DNA of 64,000 bases from an uncultured virus (IMG/VR IMGVR_UViG_3300048503_000037) (Duplodnaviria > Heunggongvirae > Uroviricota > Caudoviricetes), in the IMG/VR virus record IMGVR_UViG_3300048503_000037; one strand, written 5' to 3'. The position numbers and the translations under genes are program-made. How positions within the stretch are numbered: the stretch's first letter is position 1; every line of letters begins with the position of its first letter. Of this stretch, positions 48,491 through 58,893 are shown one piece after another. Under the pieces are notes generated by a model. That model saw only the letters and a program-made list of their open reading frames with translations. It made no database searches and was not told the origin of the DNA.

Positions 48491-48808
48491 TTACTTGGTT
48501 TGCGGCGCTTCCACCGCGTTCAATGCTTTGCGGGCCGCTTCAATCATGGCGACAGCCTCGTTTAATATGCGCAAGTTCTCATCTCCATATTTTGTCGCCT
48601 TAGCTTGATCGTCCATCAGTTTCACGATCATTTCCTGCGCCCCCGGCAACGTGTTTGGAATTCCTGTATAGCCGCCGAGATCCACTGTTGCAGTAGCACT
48701 GTCTAAGTCCTGAAAAGCGGTATAGACACCTTCCCGTGCCAGTTGATCCATCTCTACAGTATCGAGATAGCGGAGAATATCGTCGCGTTGCTGCTTGGTC
48801 TGCGCCAT
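48491..48808 (-). CDS. hypothetical protein
   Basis: GAGG RBS. Confidence 0.6.
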   Translation of the reverse strand: MAQTKQQRDDILRYLDTVEMDQLAREGVYTAFQDLDSATATVDLGGYTGIPNTLPGAQEMIVKLMDDQAKATKYGDENLRILNEAVAMIEAARKALNAVEAPQTK

Positions 48809-48828
48809 GGTTGCCTCGCTCCCTCACT

Positions 48829-49146
48829 TCACGGGTTCTGGCGCAATCTGCCCTGCTCGTCAACCGGCAGACCGGCTGCATTCGTGCCAGGGACCGGCGT
48901 CACGGTCGTTGTGACGGTCTGCTTGTTTTCCACCACCGTCACCTGCGACTCGGGCGGCAGCGGCGATTGCTTAAGGTAAGCCAGCACTGGCACCGCAAAA
49001 CCGAATAGCGCCAGCTTGCCGATGTTCGCCCAGCCGGTCGGCGTGAAGTTGAATACCGAGGGCGCGACAATCACGCCACCGAGGGCGCTTGATGCGCCGC
49101 CAATGCCAGCGGAGATCAGCGAGTACAGCCAGGGCTTCCAGTTCAT
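48829..49146 (-). CDS. holin-like two-TM protein
   Basis: two hydrophobic segments followed by YLKQSPLP. Confidence 0.55.
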   Translation of the reverse strand: MNWKPWLYSLISAGIGGASSALGGVIVAPSVFNFTPTGWANIGKLALFGFAVPVLAYLKQSPLPPESQVTVVENKQTVTTTVTPVPGTNAAGLPVDEQGRLRQNP

Positions 49147-49451
49147 GGGCGCTCCTTGTCTTTCAGCGGTATCCTACACGACCATTCGACAATTTTGTAC
49201 GCCTGATCTTTTGTAGCGTACACTGTCCCGCGCCGAAAACTGTCCTCCACATAGGCATACCATCCGCCAGAATCATCCGGCCACGCATGGCCACATTCCT
49301 CTCCATTAGAACGAAACCAAGTTGTTTTCCGAAGAGCGCCTTGCCCCTCCAGCATCGTGCATCCATAGCTCGGCCAAGGACGAAAGATTGCACACGGGAG
49401 CACCACCCAGATGAGAAGTAGAAAAGACGCGAAGCCGATAACAAATTTCAT
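49143..49451 (-). CDS. hypothetical membrane-anchored protein
   Basis: N-terminal hydrophobic segment; AAGGAG RBS. Confidence 0.5.
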   Translation of the reverse strand: MKFVIGFASFLLLIWVVLPCAIFRPWPSYGCTMLEGQGALRKTTWFRSNGEECGHAWPDDSGGWYAYVEDSFRRGTVYATKDQAYKIVEWSCRIPLKDKERP

Positions 49452-49478
49452 TTCGTCGGCTCCTTCGCGGCTAATGCG

Positions 49479-49658
49479 CTACTCATTCAACGCCTCAACA
49501 ATGCAGCGAATAACGTCCTGCTTGCACCAGCCGCCGAGGAGATTTCCTCTAACGGAGAGCAGCATCAAATGGGTTGCCTTCTCTCCGATTCCATTCACAA
49601 ACAGCTTGTCGGCGATGCGCTCCGCCAGTTTCGGTTTCTTTGGATTCTGTGCGCTCAC
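49479..49658 (-). CDS. 59-aa hypothetical protein between 25-bp direct repeats (not in ORF track)
   Basis: GTG after AAGGAG; MSAQNPKKPKLAERIADKLF... Confidence 0.55.
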   Translation of the reverse strand: MSAQNPKKPKLAERIADKLFVNGIGEKATHLMLLSVRGNLLGGWCKQDVIRCIVEALNE

Positions 49659-49924
49659 GGCTTCGGCTCCTTCGCGGCTAATGCGCTCGGTTGCGGAATC
49701 GTGCCGTCCATGACCGCGAATATGTTCCGCTTGCCGAGGAAATCACTGTGCAGCTTCGGCTCCTTCGCGGCCTTGCGCTGGTGGACCGAAGCCTCATCGT
49801 GAAGCACGATTTTCCAGATGGAGTTCACGATGTACGCCTGCACGGTTACGCCTTGATCGATAGCCTGCATCTTCATCCTGCGGTGCAGGTCATCGGGTAG
49901 CGCAATGTTCGGTCTGACACTCAT
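49655..49924 (-). CDS. ribbon-helix-helix DNA-binding protein
   Basis: PNIALPDDLHRRMKMQAIDQGVTVQAYIVNSI; TTGACA-17-CACACT just upstream. Confidence 0.7.
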   Translation of the reverse strand: MSVRPNIALPDDLHRRMKMQAIDQGVTVQAYIVNSIWKIVLHDEASVHQRKAAKEPKLHSDFLGKRNIFAVMDGTIPQPSALAAKEPKP

Positions 49925-49971
49925 GACGCAAGTGTGTCACTTGTCCCGCAGGTTGTCAAGCCCCTGCGCGA

Positions 49972-50277
49972 TTATTCTTCGTTCAGGTCGATGCCCGCTT
50001 CCTTGAACGCGGCCACGAGTCCGGCCTGGACGCCTGCCGAGACCGGCTCCTCGTAGTTTGTGCTCACCATTGCGCGGTAGGCTTCCCACCATGCAGCGGA
50101 GATACGGAAGTAGCGCGTGTGCGGGTCCGGTACGCGGCCATCGTCGCCCTTGGGCGCCTGCTCGTGTCCCTTCGGGCACTTGTCGTTGACGAGTGCGGTG
50201 CCGCAATGGACGCAGTAGATGATCGGCGGCGGTCCTGGGTTAGGGTTGATCGGGAATCCTTGCTTCTTCGGTTTCAT
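49972..50277 (-). CDS. hypothetical Zn-ribbon protein
   Basis: CVHCG...CPKGH. Confidence 0.55.
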   Translation of the reverse strand: MKPKKQGFPINPNPGPPPIIYCVHCGTALVNDKCPKGHEQAPKGDDGRVPDPHTRYFRISAAWWEAYRAMVSTNYEEPVSAGVQAGLVAAFKEAGIDLNEE

Positions 50278-50285
50278 GCTACACC

Positions 50286-50813
50286 TCACTGACTATGATC
50301 GCCGCCGTTTGAAAGCAGCGGTGGCAGCGTGTTGAACTCACTCTTGCGTCCCTTGGGAGCAAAGAACGAGGGCTTCTTCTTCGGCTGCGAGTCCTGCGGC
50401 ACGACCGTAAACGGCACTGGGTCTGGTCTGGAGTAGTAATTCTTCCAATCGTCCGTGAGCTTGATGATGTCAGGGGCTTTCCGAGCCAGCGCCATGAGCG
50501 CCTGCACATCTTTCCAACCATCGGCGACGGGGCCGGCGCCAAAGATTCCTAAGAGCGCGATTGCGGTAGTGGTGGCCCATGCGGCTCTTTTCTTGCGCCG
50601 ATCTGCTACATCATTCCGAGTTTTCCAGTCACTAAAGAAGGTTCTTCCTTCGGGAATGAAGCCAGTTTTCCCATCATCGCCGTTGAAGAGTTCTTTCCTT
50701 ATCCTCTCCACCGTCGCCTGAATCACAGGCAGCGGACTATCGAGCTGTCGGTGGTCCAATCTGGCATCTACTATTTCCACGATTTGATCCCTCTCGTCCT
50801 CGCTGAGTGGCAT
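50286..50813 (-). CDS. single-TM membrane protein
   Basis: RRKKR followed by a hydrophobic helix. Confidence 0.6.
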   Translation of the reverse strand: MPLSEDERDQIVEIVDARLDHRQLDSPLPVIQATVERIRKELFNGDDGKTGFIPEGRTFFSDWKTRNDVADRRKKRAAWATTTAIALLGIFGAGPVADGWKDVQALMALARKAPDIIKLTDDWKNYYSRPDPVPFTVVPQDSQPKKKPSFFAPKGRKSEFNTLPPLLSNGGDHSQ

Positions 50814-50943
50814 CCCATCCCCCCGAACCCCAAAATCTACAACCCCGGCTTTCCGATTACTGGAGCCTTGCCGGGTGCGCCAGGTTTGGCGCGGTTATGA
50901 TCTTACTTCGTGCCCGTGTTCAACTGCTGTGCAACTGATACGG

Positions 50944-51237
50944 TCAGCAGATAGACCAGGCTTTTCTCACCCGTAACGCAAGGGGTTGTTGTGACTGAAG
51001 TTGGAACTGCAACTGTGTTGTTAGCCGGGTGAATGAGAATAGGATCACCAGCACTGCATTGAGAGTGAGCAGCCCATAGGATTTCTGGATGCGAGGCACA
51101 AACATTGTCGGCTTAGATTCGGGATGGTTAAAGGCACAAGCTGCAAGGGGCGGTGCAACAGGTGCTGTTTGGGCAGGGGTAGATGCCTTGCCGAGAACAG
51201 CCACAAACAGAACCACGAGTAAAAGTACTTTTTTCAT
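50944..51237 (-). CDS. small signal-peptide/membrane protein
   Basis: TAAGGAGG RBS; MKKVLLLVVLFVAVLGKA. Confidence 0.5.
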   Translation of the reverse strand: MKKVLLLVVLFVAVLGKASTPAQTAPVAPPLAACAFNHPESKPTMFVPRIQKSYGLLTLNAVLVILFSFTRLTTQLQFQLQSQQPLALRVRKAWSIC

Positions 51238-51252
51238 TTTGTCCTCCTTATG

Positions 51253-54200
51253 TTATGGACAAGGTATTTCGGTGCCGACAAGAATGCCGCCGCTTAGCTG
51301 GAACCGTCTGCAACTTCCATCTACCGTGTCTTTCCAGATCACACCATTGATAGCTGAGTCGCTAAGAGTAATATCCCCCTGTGACCGTACCGCTGGTGCT
51401 GCTGCGCCGGAGATTGCTTTACCTTTGAGCGCAAACAGCATCAATCCACCATATCCGTGTATGGATAGGAGACAGATACGCCTTTTTGCACGCCCGCTGC
51501 ATAAGCCGGGGCTGATGACATTGACGTGTAAATCGAGGAGGTATCTGGCGTAGCAAATTTACCTAAGTATGTGAGGATACCACACTTATACTCCCATACG
51601 CTGCAATCAACCTATCGTTTGGTTGAGTCGTGGTCAAGGTTGGCGTCGTAGCTGTCCATTGGATTCCGGCACCAAGTGGATTGTATGTCGTCAACATTGC
51701 AACACCACTACCATCCACACAAGAGGATGATGCAGCCACGTTGGTGTACTCAGCTACGCTCATACCATTATCCCACAACCTTATATGCCGTTGCGGAAAC
51801 TGTAATTGTACCACCGTTGACATTGCAAGCAACTGCTGACCATACATTGTGGTCACCGATAGAGATTTACACTTGCTGCTGTTGTGTAGGTGTTCCCTAA
51901 ATTGTCTGTTACACCCGGTAATGCCCCCTCAGCATTTCCGCAATTTACAACGATGGCATTTCCAGCCGTCACCGGATTGGGGAGAGTCCCTGTACCATCC
52001 GAACTTCCCTGCACAAATACTGGCTGCAAAATGCCAGTTGTGTTCGCGCTGAAAATGGCGGCGGCGTTGTTAGCATCGGGAGCTACAACAGTCTGCGTGC
52101 CGTTAAACGTCTGGCTCTGATTGTTCAGCGCCAAGTCTACAGGATTGGTTAGAAGATTCAGTGCACCGTTGATTGAAACATTGTGCGCTGACAGGTTCGC
52201 ATCTGGCATCAGCGCGGTGGCTGCTGTCGAACCGGAGACTAGGATTTCTGTCTGTATGTTAGAGGGATCGTGGACCGTGCATACATCGCCGCTATCGCCG
52301 CTTAGGTAAGGTGTAAGCACTAAATTCTTGTCAAAACACAGCGCCGAGTCACCGGGCATATCCGTTACTAGTTGATCCACGTACGGAGCGTAAAATTGCA
52401 GAGCCGAAGACCGCCTTGGTATACTCGCTGGAAAAATTGTAGTTTGGCAGAGTGATCCCAAACGATGCCACAGGTCCGGTAACCCGCAGAGTTGTTAACT
52501 GTGCTGACTCGCATATTCAGCATTGCTGCCTGATCCGAGCTAACCACCTGCTGTATGTCGCCTAAACCAGGCTGGATGGTGTTTGAGATGGTGGCAGTGG
52601 AGATTGCAGCCTCTAACCGCGATACTCCAGGATCGGTAAGATGCAGGATTTCGCAATTGGTCGCGGGGTTGTCTGGATAGTCACAGAAAAAATACCTATT
52701 AGGATAAAAGGGTAACAATGCGCCTGGATCAGCAAAACTGTTCCAATAATATCCGCAAATGTTGCTTCCCGCTGTCTGACCGGGTTGTCCTGCTACTCCT
52801 GCTGTAGTGCAAACCGCTGGGTTGGAATTCAACGATGTCTTGGACTGTTGACTCAACCACGTGCTGATAGTCTGTGTGCAGTTAGCAGCTACAGGAGCAT
52901 AAACACTGCTTGGAACTGGTAGCAGTGTTTCCGCCGTGTAGAGATAACCCTTGGCGTGAACCTGTTGCATATACGAGAAAAGATTTGCTTCGGTGGTTGC
53001 CTGTGCGGTGCCGTTAAGACAATCCTGCGATCCAAGCTGTGATACAAGGATAGTGCTACCCGGCGTGACGCTTGGAAAGTTGGGATTCGTGGAAAAGGTG
53101 GCAGCTTCATTCGCGGCGCTATCTCCACCTGCTGATTTTTGCACGATGGTTACACCAGCATACAATGGATCATCGCGCTGCTGTTGCGGAAGCGCATATT
53201 TGCAGGACTCATATCCTGCCCCGGTCGAGCCATCGGGTACTCCTGTAGATGTAGCGTCAAAGGTGAATTGATTGGTTCCGGGCATCCCTGTAACTGTCGC
53301 CACAAAACCGTTGAGTGCTGTATAAGAGCCGCCAAAAGTAGAGAGCAGCAGCGCATTATTCACGACCTGATTGTTGGTGTTAGCCTCTGTGCATGTTGCG
53401 ATATGGCTTGAAATGGTGCAGCCTGAGATTGCATCTTCACTCAATGCTCCCACTTGGCAGCTACCCGCTACAATCTGCCGTGAGTCGCCCATGTCCACAA
53501 GCGTTTTTCCTGCCAGTGGGCTGACATACCCACCCCCGCCGCCAGTGCTTGCAATGCTGACTGTGCTTCCAACAGTGCTGACCGCTATGCCTGCCCCGGC
53601 TGCTATCGTTACTGCAGTGGTGACGCCGTTGACGCTGGGTACGCCCCCGCCGCCGCCAGAGCCGCAGTCGGAGCCTGTGCCCGTTACAATTCCATTGTCA
53701 TCCGTGTGTAAGCACTGATGCAGCCCAGAGCCAGCCGCCTGTTGAGGCAAGCTGATTTGGCTGTGATGGATGTCTACAATCTTGTTGCCAAAGCCGTCGT
53801 AGAGTCCATAGCCATCGTTGTTATACCCGTTCGGCTTGATAACACCGCCCAACTCAGGTGTAATTGTGTTGCTCTGGTTCAGGAAGTCAATCTCACCGGG
53901 AATTCCAGTTGCCGGGTTGAAGGTGATCGCTTCACCAAATTGGTTTTGAATCTGAGCCTGAATGTTCAGGTTCTGCACAGGCTGAGCGTTCACTGGGGCA
54001 GACGCGCCGATTTCGCTCCATGCCGTCCCGATTGGAGAACCGGCAGTGCCATAGGTAGATAGCCCTTGGAAATTCCACAAGGGCTGCAAGATTGGGCTTC
54101 CGCTCCAATACACCTTGTTGATGTTCGCCCAAGTGCCACCCGAGAACTCCATCGCGCCTTCCTGCACAGACTCTACACGGTATGGATCCGAAACGAGCGT

Positions 54201-56783
54201 GGTGCATCCTTCGCAATCGAAGTTGAATACAGGCGACGGCCCGAGAGACCCGTAAAAGATCGGACGGTACAAATACTTGCCGTTAAGGTTGGTGAGGGGT
54301 GATCCTCCAGCGTTGCGGTTATCGCGGGCGAGATTAAGATACCCAAAACCCGTGATGCCTTTGTAGCACATGGCGTTCGCGCCCTGCGGCGTGCTAAAGC
54401 TCGGTCCTGTCTGACGCTGTGCAATGCCCATTGGGGTAGCGCAAGTCTCAGGCATATCCACGGCGTCTCCGGTAAAGTCGGAGTGCCACACAGCCTTGTC
54501 AAACCAGGTGTCCAGGTTGGCGTACACCGAGTTATATGCCGAAGGCTCGACTACCATGTTGTCAAAACCTTCAAAATCGTTGATCCCACCCGCGCCAGCC
54601 GGGAAGTCTGAGCGGTGGCTCCATGTTCCACCATTAACGTAGGGAGCGCCTGAGTCAAACTCCAGATTGCTAACTTTCAGTCCAAGATCGGTGGACGCGC
54701 TCAAGATACCGATACCTGTTGCAAAAACCATGTCGTGCTGGTTTCCCTTGTTGGCGTTGTTGGTTACCCACAGCCCGATAAATCCAGAGTCTATTTCCAG
54801 ATTACCCACGTCCTCTCGGCTATACGGTCCTCCGAACATTGCTGATTGAGTTTGCAACACGCCTGGAGTAGGGGTATCAACAGTCACCCCATCCCACGTG
54901 CTAAAGACGGAGGCACCCTGTAGCGCTGACCCGGTCGGGGCGAACGTAGATGCTCCTGATACCAGAGCTACCTGAATCGGGATAGCCGGGGGGATAAGTG
55001 GGGATAGGTTGGTACACTGAGCATCAAACTTGGACGTGCCGGAATCCCAGCAAGCGAAGGGGCCAAAGACAATAGTTGGGGCAACAGAGCCGCATCCTGT
55101 CGGAGCGGTCGTCCACACGGCAGAGGAAATGCCGCCAGAGGAGTTCGATGAGGCTGTACCCACGCCGACGAAGTTGGTTCCAGCATAGCCGCCGACACTG
55201 GAGCAAGTTGAGCCGCCAGCATTGAAAGCGTGAATCGCAAGGAAATTAGTTTGGGAAGTTGGGTGTCCGCCGCCAGCATTGGTGATGGTCGGGGTTCCGC
55301 AGGTGCCGCCAGTCAACGAGCAGGTTGCAGCTTCCCCGTCTCCGCCAGTCGGAATTACGTTTGGAGCCACCGTGCCAGTTAGACCAAAACCGGCATAGAC
55401 GATTGTGACAGGGTTCTGCACGTGCCCGCTGGAGTCAGTTGTAACTGTAGCGAACTCACCACCGCACGGACCAGCGTAAATAGTTGGGCATCCAAGCCAG
55501 CTAGAAGCACTCTGTCCAAAATCCAGAATTTCTGTATTCGAGGCGGGGTAGTTTGTACCCCCGCCAGTTACGGTGCAAGCGTTAAGATGTCCGGATACAG
55601 TGGTACAAGAGACCGTCGCTCCAGAGCCACCTGCGTTAGTCTGATAATCGCCTGAGTCTTGAGCAAGACCACCATAGGCGTAGACAACATTTCCATTAGC
55701 GTCATGGTCATAGGTGGCAAGCATATAGTGGCCCGCCAGCCAAGCACAAGTTCCGCCGTTGCCCTGGACAACTGCTGTGTAACAAGCATGGGCAGCGGGG
55801 GTGTTATCCGTGCCCCAGATTCCGTACGCGGTGTCAGTCGTCTGGAACTGACGATCCACTGTAAAATGGGTGGCGTCAATAACCGACGCAATTTTGGCGG
55901 TGTTAGCGGTCGTGATGGAGTTCGCAACGAAAGGCAAGCCCCCCGTCCAAGCTCCTGAGTTTTTGTTAAATGAGATGTATTTGCCCACGTCGGCAGACGT
56001 GAAATTCCAAGAGTAACCGTCAAGTGAGCCTGTGACGTTAACAGCATATCCCCCGCTAGACCAGCCAAAGCTCATGTATCCAAAGGATGGCTGCAAGTCG
56101 GCGATACCACCGTAGCAAAGGATGTTGCTGTAGACCGATGCCGCCGCGCAGTTAAGCGTGGGTCCAAGCTGATTCCATTGATACGTGCCGGTAACGTTCG
56201 AACATTGGAATATTTCTGACGTATTGGACGTATAGAAAGTACCATTGTTTGCGATTGCCGAGCACGTCGCCGAGGGCGCTCCTACTCCAACAGACCACTG
56301 CGGAACCCCGAGGTTTGTCGCCGCGCCATAGGCCGTGGTCGCACCTGTGCCACCACCGGGTATCGAAATAACACCGCTGATTCCTCCTGACTGCACGAAG
56401 TTCGTCCCGTCGCTGACCACCGTGACAGTGGTGCCATTTGTAATCGTCACACCGGTTCCAGTCACGCCGATAACCTGAATAGACTGGCTTCCGGTGGTAG
56501 CGTTCTCGATGGTGAATTGGAAGCCTGCTGCCTGGGGGGCCACAAGACTTCGTGTTGCGGTGAGCGAGACCGAGCTAATCACTTTGATAAAACCGGCGCT
56601 CATTTCGGGATAGACCATCGTGTGATTTGCGTCAGATGTGAATGAAATAACTCCCGGATTGCGATTCGGGAAGACGCCGCCCGAGCCGATGTTGCCGGTC
56701 AATGGGATCTGCGGTGCTGGAACCTGCGCGAGGGCGCAAGGGGCCAAAATGGCGAGAATCAACAGTTTCGACAGATTTTTCAT
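51253..56783 (-). CDS. signal-peptide-bearing tailspike/adhesin with beta-helix-like and SGNH esterase domains; C-terminal part frame-broken (51853-52461, 51563-51856, 51253-51444)
   Basis: MKNLSKLLILAILAPCALA-Q; NILCYGGIAD..GTDNTPA; MGDS..G..G..LH; many Cys. Confidence 0.65.
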
Positions 56784-56784
56784 A

Positions 56785-58005
56785 TTAGCTAGCCACCTTT
56801 GGCGTGTACGTTCCGTAGAGCGGGTTGGTGCTCTGGTACAGGTACATCGTCACCGTCACGCCAAACTCATTGACGAATGTCACTGTAATGGGGGGATTGA
56901 AGGCAAAGGGGAAGCCGGTGCCGGCGTCGATGAAGGTGTGACTGCCTCCCAAGAGCAGCAGGTAGACGTTCTGCGCACTCGGCGTGTAAGGCCCGAAGGT
57001 CTGTCCAACCGTCTCGGCGCCCAGGCCGGCGCTCGGCAGGGCGTCGCTGGTGCTCAGCACGGCGGTTGTGTCGCTCGCGGTCACCGTTGAGGTCGCCCCG
57101 GCCGTCCCTACGCCGCCAAAGATGCGCGGCTGCCATGTGTACTGCTGGGTTGCGGTCTGCGTAGAAGCTCCAGTCGCCGTGAGTGTCACAGTCGTCGTTG
57201 CGATCGCGGAATGGTGGAAGCTGCCAACGATGGTGCCGGTTGTGAATGGAGAACTTAGGACTAGTGGCGAGTCAATCGAGTCAGTGTTGGTGATGTTGGC
57301 GCTCGACGGAACCCCGGTGTACGTCGCCACGCATGTGGGATTCGTGACCGTCTGCCCGAGTTCAAGCGATCCAGCGCAGCCGGTGAAGGAGTTGATAGTG
57401 AACCCACCGCCGCCACTGCATAAGTTCCCTTGATTGGTGTAAACAGCGCCATTCCAGATATAGGGAACCAGGCAAGCTGTGCGCGCATCGAGGATGCTTA
57501 TGTTGGTAATGCCGGTCGCCGCCGTAATAGTGCCGGTTGTTCCGCCCACCCGTGTCCAATCCGGCGTTAGAACGATCTCATACGGAAGGCCGTGGGCGTA
57601 GTTGATGGCTTCCTGGAGGCCGCCAGTGGCCGATGTGAGCGTGAATGTTTTGTGTGGATTGACTGGGTTCACGGTGATCGAGCAGCCGAAGCCTCCGACA
57701 GTCACCGCTGTAGGAACCACGATTTCAGAGTTGGCCGGAACCTGATCTTTGATGTAGATGGGGGTTCCAACGGCAAATACTGGGTTGAGCGGGATGCCGT
57801 TGGCGTTCGTTGTGCATAAAGAGGCCGCCGACCACGAGAACTGGCCTTGATTACCTTGAGGGATTGACCAGAGGCCGAAAGTGGAGGCGTAAAGCAGGCC
57901 TGCATCGTTGCCAGGGTTCCTGGTTGGTTGCCCAGGAGACTGCGCAGAGATCAACTGCCCTGCGCCCAACGCGATCATCGCAAGCCAAAGAATGAGTTTT
58001 TTCAT
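56785..58005 (-). CDS. secreted paralog C (shared N-domain plus Ig-like C-terminus)
   Basis: MKKLILWLAMIALGAGQLISA-Q; SATGGLQEAINYA. Confidence 0.75.
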   Translation of the reverse strand: MKKLILWLAMIALGAGQLISAQSPGQPTRNPGNDAGLLYASTFGLWSIPQGNQGQFSWSAASLCTTNANGIPLNPVFAVGTPIYIKDQVPANSEIVVPTAVTVGGFGCSITVNPVNPHKTFTLTSATGGLQEAINYAHGLPYEIVLTPDWTRVGGTTGTITAATGITNISILDARTACLVPYIWNGAVYTNQGNLCSGGGGFTINSFTGCAGSLELGQTVTNPTCVATYTGVPSSANITNTDSIDSPLVLSSPFTTGTIVGSFHHSAIATTTVTLTATGASTQTATQQYTWQPRIFGGVGTAGATSTVTASDTTAVLSTSDALPSAGLGAETVGQTFGPYTPSAQNVYLLLLGGSHTFIDAGTGFPFAFNPPITVTFVNEFGVTVTMYLYQSTNPLYGTYTPKVAS

Positions 58006-58009
58006 GGGG

Positions 58010-58813
58010 TCACTGGTAGGGGATGTAGTGAACGGTGCCGGCAATGTTTACCACCAGGCAGGCGGCAGGACTTGTGCCGACGGTGTTGCAGTTCGAGGCC
58101 GCGGCGGTTGTGCCGCCCAAACCGACCTGTGAGGCCGCTACTGTGGGAGCCGCGGCGGTGAGAACCACCGTATTGCTGGTTGGACTGATCAGCGTGGGGC
58201 TGGTCTGGAGAACCGTCTTGCCCGTTCCCGTGGTTCCTGCGGCCGGAGTGCCACCCGAGTACGGCACCAGCGTCGATGTGCGCGCATCCAGAATCGTGGT
58301 GTTGGTCCCGGCCGTGGCGCTGGTAATCATCCCGGTTGTGCCGCCCATGGTCTGCCAGTCTGGAGTGAGGACCACGACATAGTGAGCCGAGCCGGCGAAG
58401 TTCAGCGCTTCCTGGAGGCCGAGCGTCCCAGATTGCAGGTAGTAGTTGGAGTGGGGATGGGTAGCCGGCAAAGAAACCGAGCAGCCGGAGCCAAGATAGC
58501 TAGCCAGGGTCGGCGTCACCGTCTCGGTGTTGCTCGGAACGCCAAGATCCACGATGGTGATGGGCGCGCTGGTGGAGTAGAGCGGGAACACCAGGCCGCC
58601 GGACGTGCCGTAGCACTGGCCGGGATTATCCCAGCGCGTGCCCTGCGGGGTCGGTGAGGCGGTCCAGTGGGCGAAGTTGGCAGCGTAGAGCAATCCTGCG
58701 AGGTTGGCTGGGCCGTTGGCCGGGCTCGTCACGCTGGCTGTTGCGCTGGTGGTTTGGGCAGCAAGCGCCAGTGGCAGAGCCAGAAACGCTGCAAGCAATA
58801 CTAATCTTTTCAT
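58010..58813 (-). CDS. secreted paralog B (shared N-domain plus fibre-tip-like C-terminus)
   Basis: MKRLVLLAAFLALPLALAA-Q; SGTLGLQEALNFA; ends LVVNIAGTVHYIPYQ. Confidence 0.75.
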   Translation of the reverse strand: MKRLVLLAAFLALPLALAAQTTSATASVTSPANGPANLAGLLYAANFAHWTASPTPQGTRWDNPGQCYGTSGGLVFPLYSTSAPITIVDLGVPSNTETVTPTLASYLGSGCSVSLPATHPHSNYYLQSGTLGLQEALNFAGSAHYVVVLTPDWQTMGGTTGMITSATAGTNTTILDARTSTLVPYSGGTPAAGTTGTGKTVLQTSPTLISPTSNTVVLTAAAPTVAASQVGLGGTTAAASNCNTVGTSPAACLVVNIAGTVHYIPYQ

Positions 58814-58834
58814 GGCGATGTTGCTCCTTTGCAT

Positions 58835-58867
58835 AAAAGAAGGCGGCCAGTGCATATTCTGGCCGCC
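58835..58867 (-). terminator. intrinsic terminator after paralog A
   Basis: GGCGGCCAG-N8-CTGGCCGCC-TTCTTTT on the minus strand. Confidence 0.75.
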
Positions 58868-58893
58868 CGGTGCATTCGATGGCTTGGTTGAGC

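Noticed and set aside
19332..56783. Stop-codon reassignment as the cause of split genes
   Set aside because: The breaks are frame changes rather than in-frame stops, and all three stop codons end normal genes; indel errors are more likely
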